Origin: a virus
Length of the DNA stretch: 64,000 nt
IMG/VR virus record: IMGVR_UViG_3300028883_000992
Coordinates: 27,136-91,135 of that record
Strand: one strand, 5' to 3'
This document shows, piece after piece, positions 20,611 to 31,006 of this stretch (position 1 is its first letter; every line of letters starts with the position of its first letter). Position numbers and translations under genes: made by a program. The notes beneath the pieces were generated by a model, which was given only the letters and a program-made list of their open reading frames with translations, was not told the origin of the DNA and ran no database searches.

Positions 20611-21000
20611 CTATGCTTCTAAATAAGTTCTCATTTTACTGTAATAACCTTTCTCTACTGAATCACGTAAAAATTTGTCTTGTTGTTCTTTTGTTAAACT
20701 GTGCCACATCTTTTTAACTGCCAATATTAAATCCATGAATCTAATATAAGACATATTCACAAGATCATAAGGTTTGCCGTCAATAATCATACAACATTTA
20801 TCAACCATTTTTTCATCAACATTAAACTCAACATGATTGTTCTTCATCATTGGTGACAATGTTATTGTTAATTCTGGTTGACAATCTGTTTTTTGATATA
20901 GATAATAGTCCGTAACACGTTCCATCCATATATCACGATCATTAACTACCATATATGGACATAGTTCACCATTTTTTTCTTTTAGTTTGAATTTAACCAT
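20611..21000 (-). CDS. Hypothetical protein
   Basis: Co-oriented ORF overlapping the upstream stop. Confidence 0.65.
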   Translation of the reverse strand: MVKFKLKEKNGELCPYMVVNDRDIWMERVTDYYLYQKTDCQPELTITLSPMMKNNHVEFNVDEKMVDKCCMIIDGKPYDLVNMSYIRFMDLILAVKKMWHSLTKEQQDKFLRDSVEKGYYSKMRTYLEA

Positions 21001-21322
21001 CTAAATCAAACTCATTCCCGTGTATATCTGTGAACTTAAATATAAAACCATCTGGATTGTCTTTATCTCCCTGTGGCACTACAGTAACTTGAATAGGATA
21101 ATCAACTTTAATTTCACCCTTTTCAAATTTCTTAGCAAGATAAACAACCAAAGACAATTCATCTGGATCACTACCCATATAATATTGCTCAAATAACTGT
21201 GCAGCAAATTTATCTTTTGCATCTTGGATAGTTTTAAGAAGATAATTACGGAAAGTGTGAACCTTTAATTCACCTGTGACTTGTTCGTTTTTCATAAACC
21301 GCTCCTTGATATTTCCTTTCAA
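20993..21322 (-). CDS. Hypothetical protein (start probably the ATG near 21295)
   Basis: AAGGAG RBS precedes MKNEQV. Confidence 0.65.
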   Translation of the reverse strand: MKGNIKERFMKNEQVTGELKVHTFRNYLLKTIQDAKDKFAAQLFEQYYMGSDPDELSLVVYLAKKFEKGEIKVDYPIQVTVVPQGDKDNPDGFIFKFTDIHGNEFDLDG

Positions 21323-21328
21323 TATATA

Positions 21329-21760
21329 TTACGACTGTTCTGGCTGAATTATTAATTCAACTCTATCATATTGGGGAATTCCACCCTGTAAAGCTGATCT
21401 ATACCTAACTTTTAAATCTACCACCCTCACTCTTTTCCAAGAATCATCAGTAGGCCAATTATAATTCATATCATCCATACTCTGAAACTGAAAAAACATC
21501 GCAGTTCCAACCCATGATTGCATTGTTGAGAAAAAAGTCGTAAACCCACTTTGGTCATAAGTGGCAGTAGCATATAATCCTGACCACACTAAACTACGTG
21601 GACGAGAATCAAAATAAAGCCCTTGCCAAGCATTGCCGCCATGAAGAACTTTTACAGCACTATACCCATAACCTTCAGGTATTTCCCAATCAAAAGGATT
21701 AACTGCAAAGTCATGTGGGTCTGTACCTGCCGATGTAGCTGAATATCTGATCTTTGCCAT
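21329..21760 (-). CDS. Putative distal tail protein
   Basis: Immediately follows the tape measure; FAVNP motif, beta-rich. Confidence 0.55.
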   Translation of the reverse strand: MAKIRYSATSAGTDPHDFAVNPFDWEIPEGYGYSAVKVLHGGNAWQGLYFDSRPRSLVWSGLYATATYDQSGFTTFFSTMQSWVGTAMFFQFQSMDDMNYNWPTDDSWKRVRVVDLKVRYRSALQGGIPQYDRVELIIQPEQS

Positions 21761-24700
21761 TAAATTACAACCCTTGCTCTTGTTCTTGTTGACCTTATAT
21801 CAATTCCATATTCCTCTAATATGGAAAGTGCACTACGTACCTCTGAACTTGAAGCACCATTAAAATTGAGGTTAACACTTCCACCATATCCACCCCCAAA
21901 AGCAGGAACACGATAATTAGTAGGCGCATTTACTACAAGTTCACTTAATTCCTCAAGTGCCTTAGTATTAGCTTTCACTGCATCTGTATTTTTCTCCAAT
22001 ACAGGAACATAATCATCAGGTTTCTCTTCATCTTTTCCAAACAATGACCCTAAAGCTGCACCTGCTAATCCACCCAAAAGTCCTCCTATTGGTCCTGCTG
22101 CCCATCCTGTAGCACCTAATATTCCTGCTGTACCTGCGGCTGCACCAAATGTAGAACCTATAGCAGCACCTTGTCTACCACCTACACTATCAGAAACCAA
22201 ACTACCTGCTATTTGCCCTGCTACTATACTACCTGCTGCTACTAATGCGTTCTTCATCTCAACACTTGCAAATCCACCTGCATCTTTTATAGAACTATAC
22301 ATTTGATTACTTGCATTTTTAAATAAATCAGGCATAGCATATTGAGTTACATCACCAACTTTAGATGTAGCTACCAATATATCTGTAAGTTGTGCTGCAA
22401 GATCATCCATAACATTTCTAAATGTAGCGTCAGCAAGTTGTAAAAATGCATCTCTCAAAGATTCACCTATGGTACGGACAATACTATTAACTTTATTCAG
22501 TTCATCTTCTAATGCCCTAATTTCTTTTTTGGCTTCAAGCATCATCTCTTGATTGCCTTCAACAGTAGCCTCATTTAAATCTTTGCGAGCTAAAACAAGT
22601 TGTTCTTCAAGATCATTACGTTTTTCAGCAGCATCAATCCATCTACTCTGTATATCTCCAAGTCCTGCACTTGCAGCAGTTCTAAATTCTTGTGCAAATC
22701 TTTTTAAAGGTTCAAATTTTTTCTCAATGGCTATAGTATCTAAACTATTTCCTAATTTCGCAATAGACTTATCTATTTCAATAATCATATCACGATATTC
22801 ATAACCTAATTTAGTATCCTGAGATTTTAATGCGTCATCCTTTAACTTAATATATTCATCGCGCAAACTTTGCAATGCCTTAATTTGCAAATTGATACCA
22901 ACTGATTTACTGCTATATATATCATCATAAACACCAGAAACAGACTGTATAATATTAAGCTGACTGTCATATACTTTATTAATATTACGTATTGCCTGTT
23001 CTAAATCTTTAGAACCAGTGGTATTCTCCCTAATTTGTCCAATAAGATATTGTTGTAAAGCACCAGAACGATAAAGATAATCAACATAAGTTTCACCCCA
23101 TGCTTTTGTAGATTTCTTTAAATCATCAATCTCCTTGATAAGACCAGTCACTTCTTCGTTTGATTTACTATAAACACCTTCAGAAATGGTAATATCTTTA
23201 AGTTCTTTTTGCTTTTCTATAAGTTTTTCTGCATCAGAAAGCTCACTGTCTCTAATACGCTCACCTATAGTTTTTAAATCATTTAATATAGATTTATAAT
23301 GATCTGCTGTTACAGCACCAGAATCAAACGGTTTTTGCAATGCTTCATCTAACTGGCGTAAAGATTCAAGTTCATCAGAAAAATCAAGACCTGCTTTCTT
23401 TTCCAGTAAAGTCAATTCCCTCTTTAAATCTTGAATATTATCAAGTAATTTTTTATTTGTTAATCCAAATTTATCATCAGCATCATCAGCATCTTCAGTA
23501 GCAGATTTTAAATATAATAACTTCTTGAGTAACTCATTAATTTCATTACCATAAATCCTTAATCCTGCTTGACCTTTAGTAGCTTCATCATATATAGGTC
23601 CACCAAACTGTGCACGATTATATAAAACATTAAGTTCTTCTCCAACAGAGTCTAATTCTTTTTTAATTTTATCAAGATCATCTGTAGTAAAAACACCACC
23701 CAATATACCACCAGAAGGAAATACCTTATGCATCCTTTTTGCAATATCTACAGATAATTCAGAAATTAATTTATTTAAATCTTCATAATATTGCTTTATA
23801 GACACCTGTTGTTCAGGAGTTAACTTGTCAAAACTCTCACTATTAATGAATTCACTTAACTCTATTTTTTTAGTAGTTAAACTATCTTTAAATTTATTTG
23901 TAACTTGATCAACAAATTTACCAACATCACTAAATATGAATCGTTTTGCGTCATCGCCCTTAAAAACATCGGTAAAAACACCTGTAAATAATTCCTTAAA
24001 ATCTGTCCCACCCAATATTTTACTTGCAGTACCAACATAATTAGAATAAGCATCTAATGCTTCATCTAAAGCATCCTGCTGTGCCCTTAATTCCTTTTCA
24101 TATTCTTCAGGGTCACGATCTAACAAAAATAGTTTTTTTGCACGTTCAAATTCTTTGTTGGTTTGTTCTATCAAATCCTTTTGTTTATCTATAAGTCTTT
24201 GAATAGCATCAGTAACTTCATCAGAAGATTCTGCTGCTAATGAAGCATTTTTACCATACACAGCTAAAACATTAGAAACGTCTTCAGACTTATTTGCAAG
24301 TGCTGTTTCTCTATCTGTTAATGCTTTTAATGCACGATTATATTTTTCAGTACCTTTCTCTGAACTGCCTAATATCTCCAACAACTTCTTACGTTCTTCG
24401 GCAATCATTCTTATAGCTTCTAACTGTTTAGACTGAGCAGAAATAGATTTCTTCAATCCAACTATATCAGTAGTGGCATCACCTAATGATCTATTAAATT
24501 TTTCAAATGATTCAGTCGCACTGTCAGTTGCATCCCTAAAAACATACCATAATGATACCATTGCACTAAGAGCAAATATAATAATATTTGCAGTACGCAT
24601 ACGAATAAGAGAACTACGCAAAACATTAGCAGCTATAGCAGCTTCTTTCATTTTCATTCCCATAGTACCAAATGCTAAAGTAGCAGTTTCAATAGAAGGT

Positions 24701-26541
24701 ATAGAAAACAATAATCCAGTTCTTAAACGATCCCAAACAAATTGAAAAGCTAAAATACTGGCTTTAGCCGTAGCAATAACACCTGCAAACAGAGAAAATG
24801 CAGCAATACCCTTAATAATAGATGAATTACTCAGAGCTTTAGCAAGTAATTTTAATGCTCCAATGAAGCTATTAATAATAGGAAATAGTTCACCACCAAA
24901 AGCCTCACCAATTTCAGAATATATATTTTTTAATTGCTGTATTTGTTTTCGTACAGTTGAAACTTCAGTCGCACTTGCTTGCAATGCTTCACCGAATGAA
25001 TCTTGAGAAGTAGCTGCTGCACTCAAAGCAACAGAGTAATTCTCCATTAATGCCAAAAAATCAACATATCTTCTAACACCTGCTGCTTGCTGTGCTATAT
25101 TACGTTGTTCTACATCGGTCAAATCTTTCCATTTTGCAGCCAATTCACCTAAAACTACAGAAAAATCCCTAAATTCATTTTCACTTTTCTTTGTAAATAC
25201 ACCAACACTCTCAAATGCCTCAATTGTTAAATCACGCGGTAAACGCGCAAATATAGTTTTTAACGAGTTCCCAACCTCTGCACCTGACTTTCTTGTAACA
25301 GCCACAATAGAAGCAAGATACCCATTAAGTTCATCCATATCAATACCAAGATTCTTAGCAGCAATACCAACTTTTTTCATACCATTAGCAAGGTCTTCAG
25401 CAGTAACAGGATACTCTCTTTGTACAGCCATCCATTTGTCAATAACAGAAACCAAATCTTCTGCTGCAACATCATATGAATAAATAGCAGCAGTTAAATC
25501 TTCTGTAATTGTTTTTGCGTCAATGCCAAGTGCATTAGAAGCAATCAATGATGCATTAACAGCATCAATCAATTCTTTTTGTCTTAATCCCGTTTGACCC
25601 CATATCCTAAATGCATCTAAAATATCTCCAATTGCAATAGAATATTGTTTAGATAAATCAAAAGCAGTGTTTTTAATATCATCCAACGCATTTTTAGTAG
25701 GACGTATAGTTTTTTCAATCTGAGCAAGTTGATAATTAACATCTATAAAAGTTTTAATTGATTGTGTAAACCCTTCATAAACTTTATACATAGCAGCAAA
25801 AGCCACACGATAACGAATAAGTTTACCAATAGCAGTATCAAGAGCCTTGTTTAATTTTTGTTGACTTTGAACACCTTTAACCTGTTCTACAGCCAACCTT
25901 TTTTGAGATGCTATATTATCTTTTTGAATTTGATCTAATTTTTTACGTCTTTCAATTTCTTTATCTATTTTACTAACATCTGTAGTGCCAAATTCAGTTT
26001 GCAAATCACCGTATTTACGCTGATACTTTGATCTTCTTCTCTCAATTTCTGCCTGTTGTTTTAAATATCTAATCTCAGCATTAGACTTATAATTAACATC
26101 GCCAGATAAAGATGCTCGTCTTGCAATTAATTCATTACGTTCCCTTTCTTTTTGTAGAGCTTTTTCTTGTCTTTCACGCTCTCTTTGTGCTCTTGCATCT
26201 TCTGCTGAAGCTGTTTTTGCTAATTGCTCAAAATATCTTTCTTCTATTTTTAAAGCAGCTTTATCGGCTTCTTTAGCTTCCTTTTTCTTTTTAGCCCTCT
26301 CAACTAATAAAGCTAAATCACGCTCATGTATTTCAACTTCTTTAGCGGCATCAGATGAACCAGAAGTTCTCCTACCCATAGTAGCAAATGACCTATTAGC
26401 ATATTGCCCAGTTAATACAGGAGATACCTTAGCTTCATGCTTACCAAGTTTTGCTAATTCTTCATATATAAATTTAAGCTGTTTTTTGAACTGAGCAAGC
26501 TGAAAAACTACACTCAACGGCAAATCAAATTCATCAGGCAC
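21760..26541 (-). CDS. Tail tape measure protein (TP901-type core)
   Basis: 1593 aa, helical; TRKSGAEVGNSLKTIFARL, L.ELAAKW..LTD.EQ..IA...AG.R; C-terminal Gly/Ala stretch. Confidence 0.92.
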   Translation of the reverse strand: MPDEFDLPLSVVFQLAQFKKQLKFIYEELAKLGKHEAKVSPVLTGQYANRSFATMGRRTSGSSDAAKEVEIHERDLALLVERAKKKKEAKEADKAALKIEERYFEQLAKTASAEDARAQRERERQEKALQKERERNELIARRASLSGDVNYKSNAEIRYLKQQAEIERRRSKYQRKYGDLQTEFGTTDVSKIDKEIERRKKLDQIQKDNIASQKRLAVEQVKGVQSQQKLNKALDTAIGKLIRYRVAFAAMYKVYEGFTQSIKTFIDVNYQLAQIEKTIRPTKNALDDIKNTAFDLSKQYSIAIGDILDAFRIWGQTGLRQKELIDAVNASLIASNALGIDAKTITEDLTAAIYSYDVAAEDLVSVIDKWMAVQREYPVTAEDLANGMKKVGIAAKNLGIDMDELNGYLASIVAVTRKSGAEVGNSLKTIFARLPRDLTIEAFESVGVFTKKSENEFRDFSVVLGELAAKWKDLTDVEQRNIAQQAAGVRRYVDFLALMENYSVALSAAATSQDSFGEALQASATEVSTVRKQIQQLKNIYSEIGEAFGGELFPIINSFIGALKLLAKALSNSSIIKGIAAFSLFAGVIATAKASILAFQFVWDRLRTGLLFSIPSIETATLAFGTMGMKMKEAAIAANVLRSSLIRMRTANIIIFALSAMVSLWYVFRDATDSATESFEKFNRSLGDATTDIVGLKKSISAQSKQLEAIRMIAEERKKLLEILGSSEKGTEKYNRALKALTDRETALANKSEDVSNVLAVYGKNASLAAESSDEVTDAIQRLIDKQKDLIEQTNKEFERAKKLFLLDRDPEEYEKELRAQQDALDEALDAYSNYVGTASKILGGTDFKELFTGVFTDVFKGDDAKRFIFSDVGKFVDQVTNKFKDSLTTKKIELSEFINSESFDKLTPEQQVSIKQYYEDLNKLISELSVDIAKRMHKVFPSGGILGGVFTTDDLDKIKKELDSVGEELNVLYNRAQFGGPIYDEATKGQAGLRIYGNEINELLKKLLYLKSATEDADDADDKFGLTNKKLLDNIQDLKRELTLLEKKAGLDFSDELESLRQLDEALQKPFDSGAVTADHYKSILNDLKTIGERIRDSELSDAEKLIEKQKELKDITISEGVYSKSNEEVTGLIKEIDDLKKSTKAWGETYVDYLYRSGALQQYLIGQIRENTTGSKDLEQAIRNINKVYDSQLNIIQSVSGVYDDIYSSKSVGINLQIKALQSLRDEYIKLKDDALKSQDTKLGYEYRDMIIEIDKSIAKLGNSLDTIAIEKKFEPLKRFAQEFRTAASAGLGDIQSRWIDAAEKRNDLEEQLVLARKDLNEATVEGNQEMMLEAKKEIRALEDELNKVNSIVRTIGESLRDAFLQLADATFRNVMDDLAAQLTDILVATSKVGDVTQYAMPDLFKNASNQMYSSIKDAGGFASVEMKNALVAAGSIVAGQIAGSLVSDSVGGRQGAAIGSTFGAAAGTAGILGATGWAAGPIGGLLGGLAGAALGSLFGKDEEKPDDYVPVLEKNTDAVKANTKALEELSELVVNAPTNYRVPAFGGGYGGSVNLNFNGASSSEVRSALSILEEYGIDIRSTRTRARVVI

Positions 26542-26854
26542 GTATTCTATTCCTTCCAGAAGGTTTAAAGCTCTTACCTATGGTTGTAACATTAAGTCCG
26601 GGTTTTTCCTTACCGGATTGAGCCTTTTTTCTATTGTCCCTAAGTTCTTTTAGACGAGCATCAACTAATACATCATACCACATCATGCGTTCATTGGGTC
26701 TTGCATCTTCATCATAATTTTCAAATATACGCTTATAAAATTGACACCACTTACTAAAAGCAAGCCTATCATGATTATCAAATTCTAAAGGCCATTTACC
26801 AACATCACAAGAGATGTCATATATATATTGCCACTTAGGGCTATGTGCTAACAT
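26534..26854 (-). CDS. Tail assembly chaperone, T-like (start revised to ATG 26854)
   Basis: Lies between the G-like ORF and the tape measure; GGAGG 9 nt upstream of the ATG. Confidence 0.6.
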   Translation of the reverse strand: MLAHSPKWQYIYDISCDVGKWPLEFDNHDRLAFSKWCQFYKRIFENYDEDARPNERMMWYDVLVDARLKELRDNRKKAQSGKEKPGLNVTTIGKSFKPSGRNRIRA

Positions 26855-27608
26855 TCTTAGCTTCCTCCCCAACTATATCATAGTTGGGGAGATACTGAAG
26901 TATCTCCTGACTTAAACCAGACCAAAAATTAATGGCCTTTGCAAATAAGTCAGATATAAATCCTTTATTATAAGATTTTTCTTTTTTAAACGCCTCTAAA
27001 CTATCCCAAAGTCTTATATACTCACCGTCTTTTTCATATAAAACACAATAAATAAACTTCATATTGTGTGCGTGTTGGGTGGCAAGACCTTCAACTGTAT
27101 GTACATAATATTTATAACGCTTCATTGCAACTTTATCTACTTTAGCAACAACATCATCATAAATTTTACGCGCCTTATCTACAATCTTCTTCTCTTCTTT
27201 TGTAAGTTTCTTCTTATCCAACTTACTATCGTAAATCTTTTTAGCTGCCTGATATGCAGCATCCCTAACCATCTCGTCACCCTTATTGAAAGTTTCTTCG
27301 TCTTGATCAGTCCATACGCCACGCTTCATTAAAGTCTCTTTAAGTTCATCCCATGTCTTTATTTCGGTCATGAGAAGTTGATTAAATTTCTCTGCATATG
27401 ACTCTGTAATAAACAAATCTGTTTCTTGATCAGGATGAATAATACGTATCTTAATTTTTTCACGAACATCATCTTCAGAAAACATATAGTTTTCCATATC
27501 ATAGTCTACATATCCCCTTTTAAGATTAAGTTCCGCTTCTTTAAGCATAGTATCAGATACTTCATGTGGTGTAACCAATATATCCGATGGTCTTTTAATG
27601 TCTGACAT
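26841..27608 (-). CDS. Tail assembly chaperone, G-like
   Basis: Synteny: directly after the major tail protein; charged helical protein. Confidence 0.6.
   Translation of the reverse strand: MSDIKRPSDILVTPHEVSDTMLKEAELNLKRGYVDYDMENYMFSEDDVREKIKIRIIHPDQETDLFITESYAEKFNQLLMTEIKTWDELKETLMKRGVWTDQDEETFNKGDEMVRDAAYQAAKKIYDSKLDKKKLTKEEKKIVDKARKIYDDVVAKVDKVAMKRYKYYVHTVEGLATQHAHNMKFIYCVLYEKDGEYIRLWDSLEAFKKEKSYNKGFISDLFAKAINFWSGLSQEILQYLPNYDIVGEEAKNVST
26865..26891 (-). promoter_or_regulatory. Perfect 12-bp hairpin overlapping the RBS of the T-like chaperone
   Basis: CTCCCCAACTAT-GAT-ATAGTTGGGGAG on the - strand. Confidence 0.7.
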
Positions 27609-27635
27609 AACATTCCTTTCTTATTATCTCTCGTA

Positions 27636-27651
27636 GGGGAGATAACTCCCC
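27636..27651 (-). terminator. Stem-loop after the major tail gene (weak terminator or mRNA stabiliser)
   Basis: GGGGAG-TTAT-CTCCCC a few nt after the stop; no U tract. Confidence 0.5.
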
Positions 27652-27656
27652 ATATA

Positions 27657-29162
27657 TTAGATATTTGGATTTTCACCAGTTGGAATCAGATAGAAATTAT
27701 CTGCTTCAAAACTGAATTCCTCTGCACCTTCTCCACCAACTGAAACATTAATAGTTTCATTTGAAACAGTGAATCCTGTCACACGCAATGTACATAACTT
27801 AGTCGTCTTAGCCTCTTCCTTATAATACCAAACTTCAAAGTTATTATAAGAATTAAGGTCACTTGCCGTAATTTTCTCGGTAGAATAATAAGTGTCAGCA
27901 CCCATTTCAGTACCAGAAAGAATACCTTGTGCTTCTAAATCAGATGCGAGTAAACTAAATGTACCCGTAACATTAACAGGTGTTTGTCTGAACACAGAGA
28001 ACGCTTCTTTATCACCAATCTGATACTTGGATTCAGATTCAGGAGAAACATCTACATTAAATGATTGTACTCTGAGTAAACGACCTTCAGAAGTAGCACC
28101 ACCCACAGCACCATCAGCAGGGTCTTTCTGAGTATTATATACATAAATCTCTGCCTGATACCTTGAAAGAGCACCAATAGAACCTGATGTTGAATTAATC
28201 TCAAATCCCGGATTAGCAGCAGTAGAACCTGCATATGTCTGAGATACAGTAGATGTAAATGGTCTAAGCATCAATATACATTGACTTCTGCTTGCATCGG
28301 TAGGCGAACTAACAAATGGATTAGCCCAAGTGTCACTGGCAACATCATCGTTAGCTATTTGGTAACGAGCCATTGTTTCACCATCTGAAGAAGCATTAGC
28401 ATAAAAAGTAAAGTCAGAATCATCTGCCCAAGCCTCTTCAACACCAACAAATATACCAACACAATCAGCACTATGACTAAATGCAGCTACAGAGTGTACA
28501 ACAAATTGCTGTGTATTAGCTCCAGATGCCGCTGCTGCTGTTGCTACAATTTCGCTATCAGAAAGTAAGTAAGGTCTTACGCCCCTCCAAGCAGATGCAA
28601 ACCAATATCTATTAGATGCACTTAAAGTATAGGACTCAGTAGCATACCCATTCACATCTAAACTATGTGAATATCCAGTTAAAGCTGCACGATGAATATG
28701 AAGTGTCCTACCAATAGAGGTAGTACCTTCACCAATAGGCATAGTTAAATCTACATAAGCATTAAGAATATCGAGATGATCAACATCAGTAGTGTTATTA
28801 GCACCATTAACAGAACTATTCTTAATTCTATCATATCTCAAATAAGTTTCATCACCATTACCAGTTTCACAATAACGTATATCGCTTCCACTTCTAATAT
28901 CCGCTGTGCTCAAACTATTAACATCAATAGCTTTATTAGCCAATATCCTCATATTGTCTACAGAACCAATAAAGTTAGTATCAACAGTTATAGAAACTTC
29001 TGGAGTCTGAGTTATCTTTTGCACAATAGAACTATCTGATAACTGATAAGTATTTTCCTGACTAAAATCAGCAGAAATAGATACATCAGTTACTCGTTCT
29101 AACTGTATTCCATTGGCAAACAAACCATATTTGTCATACCGCACGGTTTCTTGTTTCGCCAT
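27657..29162 (-). CDS. Major tail tube protein
   Basis: Strong GGAGG RBS, synteny, two tube-like halves (ERVTDVSIS.. / LRVQSFNVDV..), ends EEFSFEAD. Confidence 0.7.
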   Translation of the reverse strand: MAKQETVRYDKYGLFANGIQLERVTDVSISADFSQENTYQLSDSSIVQKITQTPEVSITVDTNFIGSVDNMRILANKAIDVNSLSTADIRSGSDIRYCETGNGDETYLRYDRIKNSSVNGANNTTDVDHLDILNAYVDLTMPIGEGTTSIGRTLHIHRAALTGYSHSLDVNGYATESYTLSASNRYWFASAWRGVRPYLLSDSEIVATAAAASGANTQQFVVHSVAAFSHSADCVGIFVGVEEAWADDSDFTFYANASSDGETMARYQIANDDVASDTWANPFVSSPTDASRSQCILMLRPFTSTVSQTYAGSTAANPGFEINSTSGSIGALSRYQAEIYVYNTQKDPADGAVGGATSEGRLLRVQSFNVDVSPESESKYQIGDKEAFSVFRQTPVNVTGTFSLLASDLEAQGILSGTEMGADTYYSTEKITASDLNSYNNFEVWYYKEEAKTTKLCTLRVTGFTVSNETINVSVGGEGAEEFSFEADNFYLIPTGENPNI

Positions 29163-29170
29163 TTTGCCTC

Positions 29171-29674
29171 CTAATTAAAATTTGGACATTCTATATCCAA
29201 AAATAAAGTACTTTCATATCTTAATCTTTTATCATCAATTTTTATAGGTACAGGAATATTTATAACATTTACATTATGTGAATAAAATTTACCTAATGTG
29301 CTTAATCCGCTATAATCACCTGCCACTGAAGGTTCTGTAGTTGACATATCATATAATGTAAATCTTTTTCCATGAAACTGATCCCATAAAAACATATTTA
29401 ACATATCTCTTTGCGCTAAATTATCTGACATTACCACAAACTCTGTCCTAATTCTAACTCTATCTTTTGCACCTAACTCATATGGCATACCATCAAATCC
29501 AGATGTATCTATAACAAAAGTAGGATATACCATAACATCCTCAGCATTTTCTGGATACGAACCTAAAATCCCATAATGAGTTCCTACCGTCCAATTAGAA
29601 AATTGATCATTAATGATTTCTCGTATCTTCCAATATAAATTCCTGTTAATTATAGTATTAGCATTTATATTCAT
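29171..29674 (-). CDS. Putative tail terminator/completion protein
   Basis: YP...PTFVID, QRDML motif, position before the tube gene. Confidence 0.6.
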   Translation of the reverse strand: MNINANTIINRNLYWKIREIINDQFSNWTVGTHYGILGSYPENAEDVMVYPTFVIDTSGFDGMPYELGAKDRVRIRTEFVVMSDNLAQRDMLNMFLWDQFHGKRFTLYDMSTTEPSVAGDYSGLSTLGKFYSHNVNVINIPVPIKIDDKRLRYESTLFLDIECPNFN

Positions 29675-29683
29675 ACAATATTC

Positions 29684-29704
29684 CTATAATAGATACGAAT
29701 TACT
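29684..29704 (-). promoter_or_regulatory. Putative phage late promoter motif, copy 2
   Basis: AGTAATTCGTATCTATTATAG; 19/21 identical to 53594-53614, at a gene boundary, same strand. Confidence 0.55.
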
Positions 29705-30290
29705 TTGAAATTTTATTAACATATGCACCTATTCTTTTCTTAATAGCTCTCAGTGCATATTGAGTAAGATATTGACTACCTGCCCTGAGAAAATAACGAG
29801 CTTCAGCACCTTGAGTATGCGTAATACCAGTTAATGTAATAGCAAACCTTTCATCAACATGTTCCCCTCTAAACGGACTTCTTAAAATAAAAAAATCACC
29901 ACGTTTACTTGGATTTTTTCTAATCCCACGTATCTTAAATTGCTGTGACCATGCAGGAATCTTTATCTTTCCAGAAGGTCCAAATCCATATTCCTGAACT
30001 TTCCAATAAAAAGGTAAATAATCTATATTAAGTAATTTTACTTTGAAATCATCACCAATACGTTGTATTGTAATTGGCTGTGAAGCAATAGCTTGTCTCA
30101 ATGTACCTCTTGGTCCAGTATCAGCAACTTTAGCAGCACGTTTCTTTACGTGTTTAGAAGTTCTATCATATGTAGATAAAATAAGTCTCTTAGCCTTTTG
30201 TGTCTCGTCTAAAACTATCTTTTCAACAACACCACCAGACTCAAAGGCACGTTCAAGCCTATCTAACTTTTTACGCCATTTCCCTTCCAT
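29700..30290 (-). CDS. Putative neck/tail completion protein (HK97 gp10-like); start revised to 30290
   Basis: GTLRQAI, YWKVQEYG, EARYFLR motifs; basic. Confidence 0.6.
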   Translation of the reverse strand: MEGKWRKKLDRLERAFESGGVVEKIVLDETQKAKRLILSTYDRTSKHVKKRAAKVADTGPRGTLRQAIASQPITIQRIGDDFKVKLLNIDYLPFYWKVQEYGFGPSGKIKIPAWSQQFKIRGIRKNPSKRGDFFILRSPFRGEHVDERFAITLTGITHTQGAEARYFLRAGSQYLTQYALRAIKKRIGAYVNKISK

Positions 30291-30546
30291 TTTCCAACTC
30301 TTTAATTCTGTTTTGAAGTTCAACAACCAATAAAACCATGTTTCGTTGAACACTATTAGTGTTAGTTAAAATTACATTTCTGATTTTATTCCATTTTTCT
30401 TTAGAAACAACTTCATTTAAATATAAAAAATCAAGTTCATCTAAAATAGCTTTCTGTAATCTGCCAAATTCACTATTCATATGACTTGGTATATCAAAAA
30501 CATATCTTATAGTTTCCCGTTCTTTATTCATCTCGTTTAACCTCAT
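30271..30546 (-). CDS. Hypothetical protein
   Basis: Co-oriented ORF in the neck cluster. Confidence 0.55.
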   Translation of the reverse strand: MRLNEMNKERETIRYVFDIPSHMNSEFGRLQKAILDELDFLYLNEVVSKEKWNKIRNVILTNTNSVQRNMVLLVVELQNRIKELENGREMA

Positions 30547-31006
30547 TTAAAGTCACTTGTAAATAATAAGTATTCCCATACTCAACTTTTTTAATATTGC
30601 GAGGTTGAAAGAATGATTTGCCTACCTTAACTTTATCTGCATCATCAAAATATGTTGCTCCTGTTACACTAGCTATATTTACAAGTGCATTTTTCAACAT
30701 ACATGTTAATCTAATTTCATCATCTGGTCTTACACCTATAAGATGTGAAGTTTCATCATAATAAGTTTTACCGCCAAGAAAATTATTGACAACACAATTA
30801 ATATTCTTCTTAGATGAAGTATAGTAATAACCACGACCTTCACATGTAGCACAAGACTGATTAAAACTCATACCATACAAAGAATCTTGCGAACCACAGT
30901 CACATGTAGTTGTAGTCCTATGATAAACAATAATCTCCTGTGTTATTGTTGTATCTTTATAGGCATCAGATATAGTGCGTGATAACATATCATCAAATAT
31001 ACTCAT
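30524..31006 (-). CDS. Putative head closure protein with CxC/CxxC motif
   Basis: TCDCG...SCATCEGRGY; synteny after the adaptor. Confidence 0.55.
   Translation of the reverse strand: MSIFDDMLSRTISDAYKDTTITQEIIVYHRTTTTCDCGSQDSLYGMSFNQSCATCEGRGYYYTSSKKNINCVVNNFLGGKTYYDETSHLIGVRPDDEIRLTCMLKNALVNIASVTGATYFDDADKVKVGKSFFQPRNIKKVEYGNTYYLQVTLNEVKRDE

Noticed and set aside
26880-26895. +1 frameshift at CTC CCC AAC in chaperone G
   Set aside because: The +1 frame hits TAG a few codons later, before the T ORF, and the -1 frame hits TGA.
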